Assembly: GCA_012862495.1 (NCBI GenBank)
Contig: BLSG01000120.1
Location: forward strand, 1-42,957
Direction: 5' to 3'
DNA: 42,957 nt
Source: Thraustochytrium aureum
Lineage: Eukaryota
A model generated the notes under the pieces. That model was given only the letters and a program-made list of their open reading frames with translations. It was not told the DNA's origin and made no database searches. Shown piece after piece: positions 31,674 through 42,957 of this stretch; position 1 is the first letter of the stretch, and the number at the start of each line of letters is the position of its first letter. The position numbers and the translations under genes are program-made.

Positions 31674-34600
31674 ATGCGGCGGTCGAAAGGGCGCGGCAAC
31701 GCTGGCATCAACAATGCGCTGATACAGGAGCGGCGCGTGGTCGGGATCGAGGACTTGGTGCTGCTCTCCAAGGTGGATAATGAGGAGATCGTCAAGATGC
31801 TCAAGCTCCGCCACAGCGCGAGCCAGATCTACACCTACATCGGGCCCGTGCTGATCGCGGTCAACCCGTTCCAGTGGATCGACATCTACGGCCCGCACCA
31901 CGTCAAGATGCACCAGAACGGGGTGCGCGCAGATCTGGAGCCCCACATCTTCGCCGTCGCCGAGTCCGCGTTCCGCATGATGATCAGCGAGGAGGAAAAG
32001 CAGACCATCCTGATCTCGGGCGAGTCCGGCGCGGGCAAGACGGAGGCCGCCAAGCAGATCATGAACTTTATCGCCGCCATCTCTGGGTCCGGCGGGAGCG
32101 ATCGCGCCGTGCAGCAGGTCAAGGCCATCGTGCTNNNNNNNNNNNNNNNNNNNNNNNNNNNNNNNNNNNNNNNNNNNNNNNNNNNNNNNNNNNNNNNNNN
32201 NNNNNNNNNNNNNNNNNNNNNNNNNNNNNNNNNNNNNNNNNNNNNNNNNNNNNNNNNNNNNNNNNNNNNNNNNGATCGCGCCGTGCAGCAGGTCAAGGCC
32301 ATCGTGCTCGACAGCAACCCCGCGCTCGAGGCCTTCGGCAACGCCATGACGTTGCGGAACAACAACTCTTCGCGGTTCGGCAAATACCTCGAGCTGCGGT
32401 CGACCTCGCTGGCGGCGGCACGCCCGCGGCGGCACGGTGAGCAACTATTTGCTCGAAAAGAGCCGCGTGGTCAAGCCCGGCCCCGGCGAGCGCGCCTTCC
32501 ACATCTTCTACCAGCTTCTGGCCGGAGCGCCCGCGGACCTCGCCGACAGCCTTGGCCTGTCGGGCAACCCGGAGCACTACGCCGTCCTGCGCAAGTCGGG
32601 GGTGACGGAGATCAACAACGAGGGCGGCCGCGTGAACGACGCCAAGGAGTTCAAGGAGACAGTGTCGTCCTTGCAAACGATCGGGCTGTTCCCGGAGGAC
32701 CAGCACGATTTCTTCCTGATTGTCGCCATCGCTCTGCACCTCAGCAACATCGACTTTTACGATGTCAACGTGGGCGGCGCCGAGGGGTCGCAGGTCACGG
32801 ACGAGAACGCGGTCCACGCCGCCGCGGCCCTGCTCGAGGTGGACGCGGGCTCGCTCGCCTACGCTCTCACGTACCGCACGCTGACCTCGATGGCGGCGGG
32901 GCAGGGCATCGAGACCTACCAGGTGCCGATGAACCCCACGCAGGCGCGCGCCACCCGTGACGCCCTGGCCAAGGACCTCTACTCGCGCGTGTTTGACCTG
33001 CTGATTGCCAAGGTGAACGAGGCGCTCGAGACGACGGGCGCCAACTCGCGCATCTCGATGCGCCGCGAGGCGCGCAACATGGCCGAGAACGACGGGCTCA
33101 GCATCGGCGTGCTCGACATCTTCGGGTTCGAGATCTTCGAGACCAACCACTTTGAGCAGTTCTGCATCAACTACGTGAATGAGAAGCTGCAGCAGATTTT
33201 CATCGAGCTCACGCTAAAGTCCGAGCAGGAAGAGTACGCCTCCGAGGGCATCGAGTGGACCCCGATCCCCTTCTTCGACAACAAGGTGGTGTGCGAGCTC
33301 ATCGAGTCGAAAAAGCCGCCCGGCGTCTTCGCCATCCTGGACGACACCTGCAAGACGGCCCACGCCCTCGGCAACGCGGACGACAAGTTCCTCGACAAGC
33401 TCAGCTCGCTGCACAACAGCCACCAGCACTACTCCAAGTTCCGCGCGGGCTTCACCATCCTCCACTACGCCGGCAGCGTGAGCTACCACGTGGATGGCTT
33501 TATTGAGGCCAACAAGGACGTTCTGGGCCAGGACCTGCAGCTCCTCTGCCAGAGCTCCAACAACGGGTTTGTGCGCGGGCTCTACCCGGACGAGGTCGAC
33601 CTGGACCAGCGCCGCCAGCCCACGACTGCGGGCTTCAAGATCAAGGGCCAGTGCGGGGACCTCGTCTACACTCTGCTGGACTGCAACCCGCACTACGTGC
33701 GCTGCATCAAGTCGAACGACCAAAAGAAGGCCGGCGGCTTCGACGACGCCCGCGTGCTGCACCAAGTCCGCTACCTTGGCCTTCTTGAAAACGTCAAGGT
33801 GCGCCGCGCCGGCTGCGCGGCCCGCCTCGACTTTGACCGCTTCATCCACCGCTTCAAGGTGTTGGGGGCGGGCAAGATCGACCCGCGCGTGCTGGCCACC
33901 GGCACCGACTACGACATCGCCTTTGCGATCCTCGACTGCGCGGCCTACACGGTCACGGCCCTGCAGACCCCCGGCGAAGCGCAGCTGGGACGCACCAAGG
34001 TCTTCATCAAGACCCCCGAGACATTTGCTGCCCTGCAGGAGATGCGCCGCACGCTCGTCAGCGAGCAGGTGATCAAGATCCAAAACGTCTGGCGCAAGTT
34101 TGCCAACCGCCGCGACCTCGTCGACCTGCGCCTCGAGATGAGCGACCTCTTCAACGAGCAGGGCAAGGAGTCGACCCCGGCCGACTTGCTGCGCCCGTAC
34201 TTTGCCTTCTACATCAAGGACAAGGACCTCAGCGAGGCCATCTCCAAGATGCTCGAGTGGTACCAGCTCAACGAGGTCAAGAAGGAGAAGATCGAGTACA
34301 CCGAGGTGGTCGAAAAGCTCAACGCCAAGGCGCAGTTCGAAAAGGTCGTGATCGTCATCACCGACCAGGCGCTCTACGTCGCGACGTGGACACCGCTACC
34401 CATGGCCAAGGGTCCCGCCCAAGGCGCCGGCGGCGACCCACGCCGCCGCATGCTCCAGCAGCAGCAGCAGTACGAGCTCTCGCTGCGCCGGCGCACCGAG
34501 CTCAAGCACGTGCAAGCGGTCATGCTCTCCAAGGAGGCCGACGACTTTATTGGGATCATGATGGTGCCCCAAGAAAAGTCCAAGCCGGACAAGTCCCAGT

Positions 34601-35895
34601 GGCCCGACAAGAAGAAGGTCAAGCGCTGCCAGGACACGCAGCAACCGTTCAGCTTTTTCGGCAAGAGCAAGCACCAGTGCCACTACACGGGCGGGGTCTA
34701 CGTCAAAGAGAGCATGACCAAGATCCCGCTCCCCGACCAAGGCTTTTACGCGGCCGTTGAGGTCCACCAGTCCGTGCCCGGAACTGTATCGGTGGAGATG
34801 CGCGAGGACATTGTGCTGCGCACCGAGAAGAAGGCCGAGCTGGCCGCCGTGCTGCGCAACCTGGTGACCATCAGCAAGGGCGGGGGCAATCAGCTGAACA
34901 AGTTCGACAAAGAGGCGCTGCGCAAGCAGGTTCAGCCGGCGGCCACCAAGCCCATGGCGCGCGCCATCTACGATTACGAGCAGAGCCAAGACGACGAGCT
35001 GAGCTTCAAGGAGGGCGACAAGATCGAGATCGTGGACTCGAGCCACCCGGACTGGTGGTTCGGAAAGCTCAACGGCCGCAACGGCGTTTTCCCTGCCAAC
35101 TACGTCGAGCGCCTGGCCGCGCAAGCTGCCGCGGGCGCGCAAAAGCCAAAGCGCGCCAACCCGCGCCGATACATGCTCGACATCCACTTCGCAAACCAGT
35201 GGCCGATCCGGAACGCCACGGTGCCGACGCTGTCCAACACCGTCAAGGGCCCGGTCGAGTTTCGCCGCAATGACCAAGCCCGCGACGTCGCGATCCAGCG
35301 CGCTGGCGGCAAGGTCCTCGTCCTCGTCCCGCTTGGCGTGGCTGGCCGCAAGCTGCGCCAGATCCAGCAGAACCAGGCCGAGCGCGCCGCGCGCAAGGAG
35401 GCAGAGCGGGCGCAGCTCATGGAGTTGCGCCGCGAAAACACGGCCAAGCGCGAGGCGCAGCGCCGCGCCGACCGCGAGAAGCGCCTCGAGAACAAGAAGG
35501 CCAAGCGCCGCGCCGAAAAGGACAAGCGAACCAAGGAGCAGGAGGTCATGAACTTTGCCTCGAAGAACGCGCTCAAAGGCGGGGCTTCCTTCAAGGACCG
35601 CATGGCGCAGCAGAATCAGCCACAGAGCCGCGGCGGCGGCGGCTCTGGCGTCACGACGCCTGCCTGGGTGCAGCAGCGCCAGAACGGCTCTTCCAACACG
35701 CCAAAGTTTGACCGCAAGTCGTTCCAGCGCCCCGCTGCCAAGCCCAAGGCGCCGGTCGCAAAGCAAAAGGTCATTTGGGAAAAGTACAAGGACGACGAAA
35801 CCGGCGACATTTACTACTTCAACCCCGCCACTGGCGAGAGTGACTGGAACATTCCTCGTGGCGACATCCAGGTTATCGACAAGTCGCATCTGTAG
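31674..35895 (+). CDS. Class I myosin: motor, IQ, TH1 with FYVE-like insert, SH3, charged helix, C-terminal WW (gap and frameshift near 32135-32436)
   Basis: Short N-terminus [74 protein letters not shown]3 ARAIYDY...DELSFKEGD...WW.G...GVFPANYV (~34954-35112). [29 protein letters not shown] (~35776-35856). Confidence 0.93.
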
Positions 35896-36197
35896 CTCCA
35901 ACGCGCCGTTGCTGCCCTCGCGCCTGTTTCTGCAAGGGCGGCCGCAGCTGTGCCGTCCAGCGCTCGCACCCAAGTACACAAAGACTAAATCCAAATCCAC
36001 CTCGATCCGAAGATCTTCGCAGCCCGCGTGCTTGCCACGGCGGAAGCCTCCGTGCCAAACGAACCCAGTCGAAACGCAGACTTGCGCGGCCGATCCGGGC
36101 GTGGAATTGCGTGCGCGTGCGGTGCGCTTGACATTGTACGATTTCTTCAACGAGTACAGAAACGCGGAGTGCCAAATGCCTGAGACGGATACCCTGT

Positions 36198-36305
36198 GCT
36201 CCGACCTGTGGAGGCGCAGGCTGCGAGCTCCGACCTGTGGAGGTGCAGGCTGCGAGCTCCGACCTGTGGAGGCGCAGGCTGCGAGCTCCGACCTGTGGAG
36301 GCGCA
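36198..36305. repeat. 29-bp minisatellite, ~3.7 copies
   Basis: Unit GCTCCGACCTGTGGAGGCGCAGGCTGCGA at 36198, 36227 (one C>T), 36256 and a partial copy at 36285; no spacers. Confidence 0.95.
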
Positions 36306-36773
36306 CGCCGCAAGGACGGACGCCCAAGCCCAGCACAGCGAGAGGCAAAAGCCCGAGCGGGTTTTGCCACGCCAGTTCTCCTGGCCAAAACCCTAACCTG
36401 CTCTGACCGACCTCCTGACCGACCTCCTGAACGGCTAGAATTTTGTCCGCTGTGCTGTGCTTCCGGCTCGCCAGACCGCCAGCGCGAACAGGCAGGCCGG
36501 CAGGCAGGCAGGCAGGCAGGCACGCACGCACGCAGGCAGGGAGAGCGAGCTGATATCGCCCTGAACTGGATCGCTTGCCTGGTTACTGGCTGGTTGAGCA
36601 TACGCTGGGGCGTCTTCGCCGACACTGCCTGCTCAAAGTCACTGCCGGTGTGGCAGTTCAGGTCTCGCCAACCCCGGCATTGGCCTGTGCCGCGAGCGCT
36701 GCGAGCCGGAAAAGCGACGCGAATCCGGAGCGCCTCTGCTGCTGCTGCTGCTGCTGCTGCACGGGCGAACGAG

Positions 36774-38670
36774 ATGGAGGATGTGGCGGATGGCGAGCAC
36801 AAAATGGGGGAGGCAGTGAACGTGGTCCGATACGAGTACCTTTCAGATAGCGACGAGGATATCGAGTACGAGGCCGTGCCAGAGTCAGAGGATGACGACG
36901 ACGAGGAGGAGTTGTTCAATCTCGGTGGCGAGGATACGCTCGCCGCGATTGAACGCAGCGTCAGCCGAACAAAGCGCACCCCGACTGGAAAAGGTGGGCC
37001 GAACTTTCTGGCCACGGAATCCGACGAGCGCGTCGAAGCAAGCAGCCACAGCGAGAGCACAGAGGCCGCGGAGAGCAAGCACGACGTCGCAGAATCGAAA
37101 ACGGTGGTGCGGCCCGCTGTGGTGGACGACTTTTTCCGGTCCTTCTTGATCAAGCTTGGGATGGCGCGCACTTTGGATTCGTTCAATACCGAGTGGTACG
37201 AGCTCGAGTCGAAAGGCAAGCTGAATGAAGAGCAAGTAGGACCCGTCCCAGACATATACCTGCGCAACGACGAGCTGAACGAGACTGTGAGAACGCTGCG
37301 TGTCGAGCTCGACCGCGTCAAGCAAATCGCCGAAAAGGCCCAGTCCACCTGGGACAAGTTCCGAAAAGAGCGCGACTTTCACCGCCTGCATCACAAGCGC
37401 GTTGTTCAAGAAAAGAACAAGCTCATCGACGAAATCAAGAGGGTGAAAAAGCACTACCAAGCGTACGAGCCGACAATCAAGCAGCTGCGCCAAAAGTACG
37501 AGCTCGCCATGAAGGAGAAGATGCTCATGAAAATCGAGCGCGACAAGTTTGCCGCGCGCAACGACTCGCTCGAGCTCCAGGTCCGCACCCTCGAAAACAT
37601 CGAAGACGGCGATGGTGTCGATGACCGCAGCTCGAGCGGGCAGGTCAACCTGCGCAAGGGCGGGTCAGCGAAATCGCTCCTCAAGGCGCCTTCCGGCTCC
37701 TCGACCCGCTCACGCAAGCCCGGATCAACGATTCGGCCCCGCGGCGTGAAATCTGGCAAAGCTGGCGCTGCAGCGGCCCCTGGCACCATGACGGGCCTTC
37801 CGAAGGTGGACCCGGTCAACCCATTCTTGAGCGAAGTGCTCCCAGCGCCGGCTGTAACCAATATGCAGATGCTCAAGACGTTCGAGGGCCACATGAACGC
37901 CGTCTCGGCGTTGGCGTACCACCCAAAGCGGCAGGTTATTGCCACCGCTTCAGACGACCACACCTGGAAGCTCTGGAGCGTACCAAATGGCGACTTGATC
38001 ATGAGCGGCGAGGGGCACCAAGACTGGGTCTCAGGGATAGATTTCAACCCGCGCGGAACCCACTTGCTGAGCTGTTCCGGCGACGGCACGGTCAAGCTCT
38101 GGGACTTTGAGCGCGCACAGTGCACTGCAACTTTGACTGACCACGCGCAACCGGTGTGGGACGTTGCATGGCATTATTCCGGCGACTTTTTTGCAAGTTG
38201 CTCCATGGACCACACAGCCAAGCTCTGGGACGTGGAGCGGCTCAGCGTGCGCCAGACCTTCCGCGACCACGTCGACAGTGTCAACGCACTTGCGTTCCAG
38301 CCTTTCTCGAGCAACCTGTGCACCGCCTCGGGGGACAAGACCGTTTCGATGTGGGACTCGAGGTCGGGTCTCTGCATCCAGACATTTTACGGGCACAGCA
38401 ACGCTTGCAACTCGCTCGCGTTGAACATGCGAGGAGACACGATTGCGTCCTGCGACGCTGACGGTGTGGTCAAGCTTTGGGATGTCCGCATGGTGAAGGA
38501 GCTGTACACTCTGGAGAGCGGCAGCCACGCCCTCAACGACATCCCTTTGACCGCAGCGGTGCAGTGCTCGCTGCCGCCTGGACGACGGCACTGTCAAGCT
38601 CTTTGACGCCGTGCAAGGCCAGTCGATCACGCAACTACGCGGCCACGACGACGCGGTCCAAGCGGTCGCG
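36774..38670 (+). CDS. SPAG16: Flagellar central-apparatus WD40 protein PF20/SPAG16 (frameshifts near 38545-38582; 3' end in gap)
   Basis: VVDDFFRSFLIKLGMARTLDSFNTEWYE, WDKFRKERDFHRLHHKRVVQEKNKLI and YEPTIKQLRQKYELAMKEKML, followed by about 7 GH...WD repeats. Confidence 0.92.
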
Positions 38671-39391
38671 NNNNNNNNNNNNNNNNNNNNNNNNNNNNNN
38701 NNNNNNNNNNNNNNNNNNNNNNNNNNNNNNNNNNNNNNNNNNNNNNNNNNNNNNNNNNNNNNNNNNNNNNNNNNNNNNNNNNNNNNNNNNNNNNNNNNNN
38801 NNNNNNNNNNNNNNNNNNNNNNNNNNNNNNNNNNNNNNNNNNNNNNNNNNNNNNNNNNNNNNNNNNNNNNNNNNNNNNNNNNNNNNNNNNNNNNNNNNNN
38901 NNNNNNNNNNNNNNNNNNNNNNNNNNNNNNNNNNNNNNNNNNNNNNNNNNNNNNNNNNNNAACCAAACCAAACCAAACCCTCACGCTCGCTCGTGCAGCG
39001 GCACGACCGGCGCTCGCCTCGTGCGCCGCCTCCATCCAACGCTCGAAACGGTACTTAGTACTCTGTGCTCTACCACCAACCAACAGTGCAGTGCGGAACG
39101 CATTTGCGGAACGCATTCAGTATCTTCTGGAATCTGCCCCTACCCTACCCTACTACTACTCATACATGCGCACGTGAGCGTGTAGGCCTATCTTCGTCAT
39201 TCGCCATGTCTTCAAGAGAAAATCATCTTCAGGTTGAACGACGTGCCGAGTGCTGGCCAGAGCTGCATTCCAGAGCTGCATTTCAAAGACTCGAGGAGCA
39301 GCGGACGAGGACCAGCGCGACGACATTGGGCTGCGGCACGCGAGGGCTCGTTCGGTGCGCGCGAATCGTTGCTGGGGCTGCGAAAGCGAGA

Positions 39392-40243
39392 ATGATCATG
39401 CCTTGGAGGACGCCCGGCGCAAAGGCGCTCAAGCACGGCGCCGCCGCCGCCGCTCGCCGCTCGATGGCCAGCGTGGCGGGGAGCGCTGGGAATGCGAACC
39501 TGGCGGCTGCCAAGATGCCGCGCGGAGCGCTCCTGAGCTCGCTTGTGCGAGGCACGCAACTGTCGGCCAACCCCCTTCTCGGAAACCGTGCGCTTGGCCC
39601 GGCCATGCAGTCGCTGAGCGGCTTGCGGCATGCCTCGAAGGCGGCGAATCTAATCTCGAAATTGCAGGACGAGCTGGACATTGAGCTGCAGGCCCCCAGC
39701 GGGATTTCCCGGATCGAAGAGCTCCTCGAAAAGACAGAGTACCGCGTGGACGTGGCCGAGTCCAAGGACTGGTACTTTACCCTCCGAAACGGCAATGCCA
39801 CCGTCGAGTTCGAGGCGGCCGACTTGGAGCACGTCGAGGAAGACTTGCCCCTCGACGACTTTCGCGTCGTCGACGGCGAGGCCAAAGTCGCGAGCTTCGA
39901 CACGATTCCCTTCGAAGTGATCGTCACTCGGGCAGGCAAGGAGCTCATCTTTGACTGCATCGCGAGGAGGGAAGATGCCAAGGATACCGCCGAGCTGCTC
40001 GTGGAAAGCGTCGTGGCGCGCAAGGAGGGCGACAAAGACGGTGCCACGGCTTGCGCGTGGAACTTTGACGAGACTGTTGACGACGTCCAATTCGCCATGC
40101 TGAACTACCTGTGGGAGATCGGCGTCGACCAGGACTTGGCCGCAAAGATCTTGGAGCTCGCAAAACTGCGCGAGTCTGACAAGTACATCCAATGGCTCAC
40201 GGAGGTTAAGAGCTTCATTGAGAAGGAGGAGAGCGCGGAGTAG
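39392..40243 (+). CDS. Mitochondrial acidic glycoprotein MAM33/p32 (C1QBP)-like
   Basis: Basic Ala-rich presequence, LISKLQDELDIE, an acidic core with PFEVIVTRAGKELIFDC, and C-terminal NFDETVDDVQFAMLNYLWEIGVDQDLA...ESDKYIQWLTEVKSFI. The start codon is uncertain (39206 is an alternative). Confidence 0.8.
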   Translation: MIMPWRTPGAKALKHGAAAAARRSMASVAGSAGNANLAAAKMPRGALLSSLVRGTQLSANPLLGNRALGPAMQSLSGLRHASKAANLISKLQDELDIELQAPSGISRIEELLEKTEYRVDVAESKDWYFTLRNGNATVEFEAADLEHVEEDLPLDDFRVVDGEAKVASFDTIPFEVIVTRAGKELIFDCIARREDAKDTAELLVESVVARKEGDKDGATACAWNFDETVDDVQFAMLNYLWEIGVDQDLAAKILELAKLRESDKYIQWLTEVKSFIEKEESAE

Positions 40244-40485
40244 GAACCTGCTGCTGCCGGCCGCCACGCCAGCTGCGGTAGGCCCCTGGGACCCCTTAGC
40301 GCGGCCGTTCTCTCCGCCGGCGCCCTGCTCGCCTTGCTCACGCGGCAGCACGTAGTCCACCTAAGTCCAAACCAGTGCCTTGATTGAACCTTCCCGCCCT
40401 CGCCCCGAGGCGCCTTGCGAAAATTCCGACTCCGAAGAGCATTCAGCAGTCCAGAACGAGTGCGAACGGAGGGGGAGCGAGCAGG

Positions 40486-40999
40486 ATGGCCTCGACCTTC
40501 GCAGCTGGCGGGCACTCTGCGAGCGCGGTGCGCAGGCTGTACCGCGAGTTGATCCGCACAGCCCAGGCGCTGCCAAAAGTGGACGAGCGCAAGTCGGCAT
40601 TGCAGGAAATTCGGGAAGGATTCCGCCGCGACATCGTCACGTCGACGCCCGAAGAGTAAGTTCTGCCGCACGACGCCGAGGCGATGGATTGCGCGGGGTT
40701 GCGCCGCCTTTCGCACGCGCGCAGCGCTCGCGGGGCGCGCTGATGCTGACGCTGACGCTGACGCGCTGCAAAGGACGCAAAAGCTGCTCGACTTGGCCAA
40801 GAAGAAGCTCGGCTACTTGAAGATCGTGACGCCGAAGCGGCCAAAGTCTAGCAAGAGTAGCTTTATCTTCCGGCGAGACGGCTCGGTCGACGAGGGAGCG
40901 CAAGGCGCCTCCCCTCGGACGCTACGGAGCGGCTTGGACGCGGATGACCTCGCTCGGCACAAGTATTTGATGGAGCGCCAGCACTTCGGCAGGAGGTGA
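40486..40999 (+). CDS. LYR-motif (Complex1_LYR) protein; exons 40486-40655 and 40774-40999
   Basis: VRRLYRELIRTAQALP...IREGFRR. Intron 40656-40773 has a GTAAGT donor, a triplicated CTGAC branch motif and an AAG acceptor; splicing restores the frame (TPEE-TQKLLDLAKKKLGYLKIVTPK). Confidence 0.85.
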
Positions 41000-41174
41000 G
41001 CCGGCGAGGCCACGCGCACCTGTTGCAGCCGCCCAACCTTGCACCAGCTCGGCGAGAGCACTGATGTGGCTGGCCCGGGTGTAGCAGACTGGTCCTCTGC
41101 GTCCACGTTCACCAAAGAAGGAAGGTTTATTATCTTCACCACAGTCCATCAACATTGTTAGCTTTTCTGCAGAG

Positions 41175-42903
41175 TCAAGCCCCTCCCGCGCACTCGCCCA
41201 GGAGCGGGGCAGAGGCCGCGCATACCTCGTGGAGGGGCGGCGCACAGTCGCCGATTCGCCACCTTCGGAAGAGATCATGTAACCACGCATACCTTGTCGC
41301 CCTGTTGTGCGCGCGTGCAGTGAGGCTGTGCGCGAAAGCCTGGCTTTCGCGCGACTTGGCGTGGTTGCAGTGGACGAGCCAGCTTCCCGGGAGCACCACA
41401 AACCGCGCGCCAGCAGCGTGCAGCTCCGCTACGTAGCTGGCACGGTTCCAGCCGTAGCCGCGGAACCGCTCGTCGAACGCCACGGCTTGCGCCGTCGTCC
41501 TCCGCTGCACAACTACATACGGCTCGAAGTGCGGCTCGAAGGCGACCTCGTACGCCGTTTGCGCGGCGATCCAGCGCTTGAGCTGCGTTGGGCCGTGGGC
41601 GCGCGGTTGGTGCGCTGCCTTGTACTGTTTGGCCCAACCTCGCCGCAGCGCTCGTTGGACATCCAACTTGGTGCGGAGCCGCCTGCAAAACGCAGCGTCC
41701 GCCTCGAACGCCGGAACGACAAATGCTACCGGGCGCTGGCTGCCAAGGACAAAGGACAGCCCGCGCTNNNNNNNNNNNNNNNNNNNNNNNNNNNNNNNNN
41801 NNNNNNNNNNNNNNNNNNNNNNNNNNNNNNNNNNNNNNNNNNNNNNNNNNNNNNNNNNNNNNNNNNNNNNNNNNNNNNNCAGCATCAGCGACAAGGACGA
41901 AGTCCGTTCCGGCCCGTCGCACGGCTTCATTCCGCAGCGCGTTGATCGGGTACGGACTGGCGAGGTCCTCGGCGCCCGGGCGCGGGCCAAACACTTGCAC
42001 GCGGAGGAGGCTCGCATTGCTCGGCAGGATGCTGCTCTCCGCGGCTCTGATCTGCCCAAGAAGCGCCTCGGCCCGGGCAGAGTCTCGCTTGCTGGAATAC
42101 AGCGCGACGGAGGCTGCCCTCGACCCCGCTTCTTCGCTGAGCCAGCGAGAGAGGGTCTCTGCCAACTGGCCGAGGCGGTCCGGCGAGCCGTGGAGTGCAA
42201 GGCCGACGCTCCCAGGCCCTGGGGCGCTTCCCGCCTCATATGCAGCAAGCGAACTGAGCAAACCAGCGTTGCCTGCACGAGCGCTGGCAGGCGCAGCGCA
42301 CTCCACGCGCACATCAGCGCTCCTTGTCAGGCCCTCGACGCGGACGCCTGGCGCTTGAAACCAAGCCACCCCCTTGTAGCCGACGCAGGCGAGCGCAACT
42401 GTCAGACCCCAGGGCCCGCCCGAAGGCAATCGGGCCGTTGCTTCGAGCTTCTCGCCAGCGCTCCGGGGATCTTGGGCCTGGAGCCGCACCTCGAACGTCT
42501 CCCCAGAGTCGCCGGACACGGCGAGCAAGAGAGCACCCAAGAATCGTTCGCGTGGCCCAGGAGGGCCTCGGTCAGCCTGGACCTCGCCCCCGGCACGAAC
42601 GCTAAAATTCACCGCCGCCCCAGCTTCGACGTTGGCAAGCGGGATGTGTTGGTACACAGCAGTCGCGCGGGAGCTGCAGGCCACGCCGAGCTTCCCGAGG
42701 CCCGCCTCCGGCGAAAACCGACCAGGAGGGCCGTCCGCCCACCACTCCAGGAGCGACTCTGGGACTGCGGCAGGCTCCCGGCCGAGCTCGAGCCAGCCCC
42801 GCGTCGACAGGAGCTCCTCGGCGTGCGGCAGCGGCGCCGCCGCCGCGCTCGCCTCGCAGGCGGCGAGGACGGCCAAGACCCCGGCCGCCAGCCTGAAGGC
42901 CAT
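41175..42903 (-). CDS. LARGE/B4GAT1-like glycosyltransferase (GT49) with signal peptide (gap inside)
   Basis: YPINALRNEA...FVLVADA, AFVVPAFE, FEPHFEPYVV, FDERFRGYGWNRASYVAELHAAGARFVVLPGSWLVHCNH. Hydrophobic N-terminus from ATG 42903. Confidence 0.88.
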
Positions 42904-42957
42904 GGCCGCTCGGCAGCAGCAGCCGCAGCAGCCGCAGCAGCAGCGGCAGCAGCGAAT

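Noticed and set aside
32100..32307. Duplicated [12 protein letters not shown] segment in myosin I
   Set aside because: The same ~35 nt flank both sides of an N gap, which indicates an unmerged contig overlap rather than a biological duplication.
32395..32440. Myosin I frameshift as a pseudogene or programmed frameshift
   Set aside because: Adding single bases restores a plausible ELRFD...[10 protein letters not shown]. Similar one-base losses occur in several unrelated conserved genes here, which points to sequencing error.
36198..36305. 29-bp repeats as a CRISPR array
   Set aside because: The repeats are head-to-tail with no unique spacers, there are no cas genes, and the context is eukaryotic.
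34396..36531. Long antisense or alternative-frame ORFs (for example 34396-36531 and 15173-16504)
   Set aside because: Shadow ORFs caused by high GC3 of real genes on the opposite strand or by N gaps; no recognisable protein motifs.
38540..38585. SPAG16 premature stop/frameshift
   Set aside because: Two single-base deletions explain it, and the WD40 repeat continues intact (DDGTVKLFD...LRGHDDAVQAVA). Likely an assembly error.

Overview
Eukaryotic, GC-rich, gene-dense and intron-poor genomic DNA from a gapped draft assembly with several single-base indels. The organism is a flagellated protist (SPAG16/PF20 and a CEP104-like gene are present); a stramenopile such as a labyrinthulomycete is a guess only. 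About 17 protein genes are visible: a partial aldo-keto-reductase-like gene, COQ4, an ankyrin-repeat protein, an R2R3-MYB, CEP104-like, exon 1 of cytosolic TrpRS, mitochondrial ferredoxin, a coiled-coil myosin, an EGF+7TM protein, a very large type-I surface protein, an ADP-ribosylglycohydrolase-family protein, NAC-beta/BTF3, myosin I, SPAG16, MAM33/p32-like, an LYR protein and a LARGE-like GT49 glycosyltransferase. The main items not visible in the ORF track are: (1) a box C/D snoRNA inside the TrpRS intron with an 18-nt LSU rRNA guide and a second, unassigned guide; (2) dense single-motif arrays (20x GTGAC; 8x CCTTAA) in two divergent promoters next to translation genes; (3) a receptor-like protein built from a catalytically dead pepsin-like domain, PPC-like repeats, a TM helix and endocytic motifs, lying directly downstream of an EGF-7TM gene; (4) a myosin I with a degenerate FYVE-like insert plus SH3 and WW domains. 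All family assignments come from motif recognition by eye; no searches were run.
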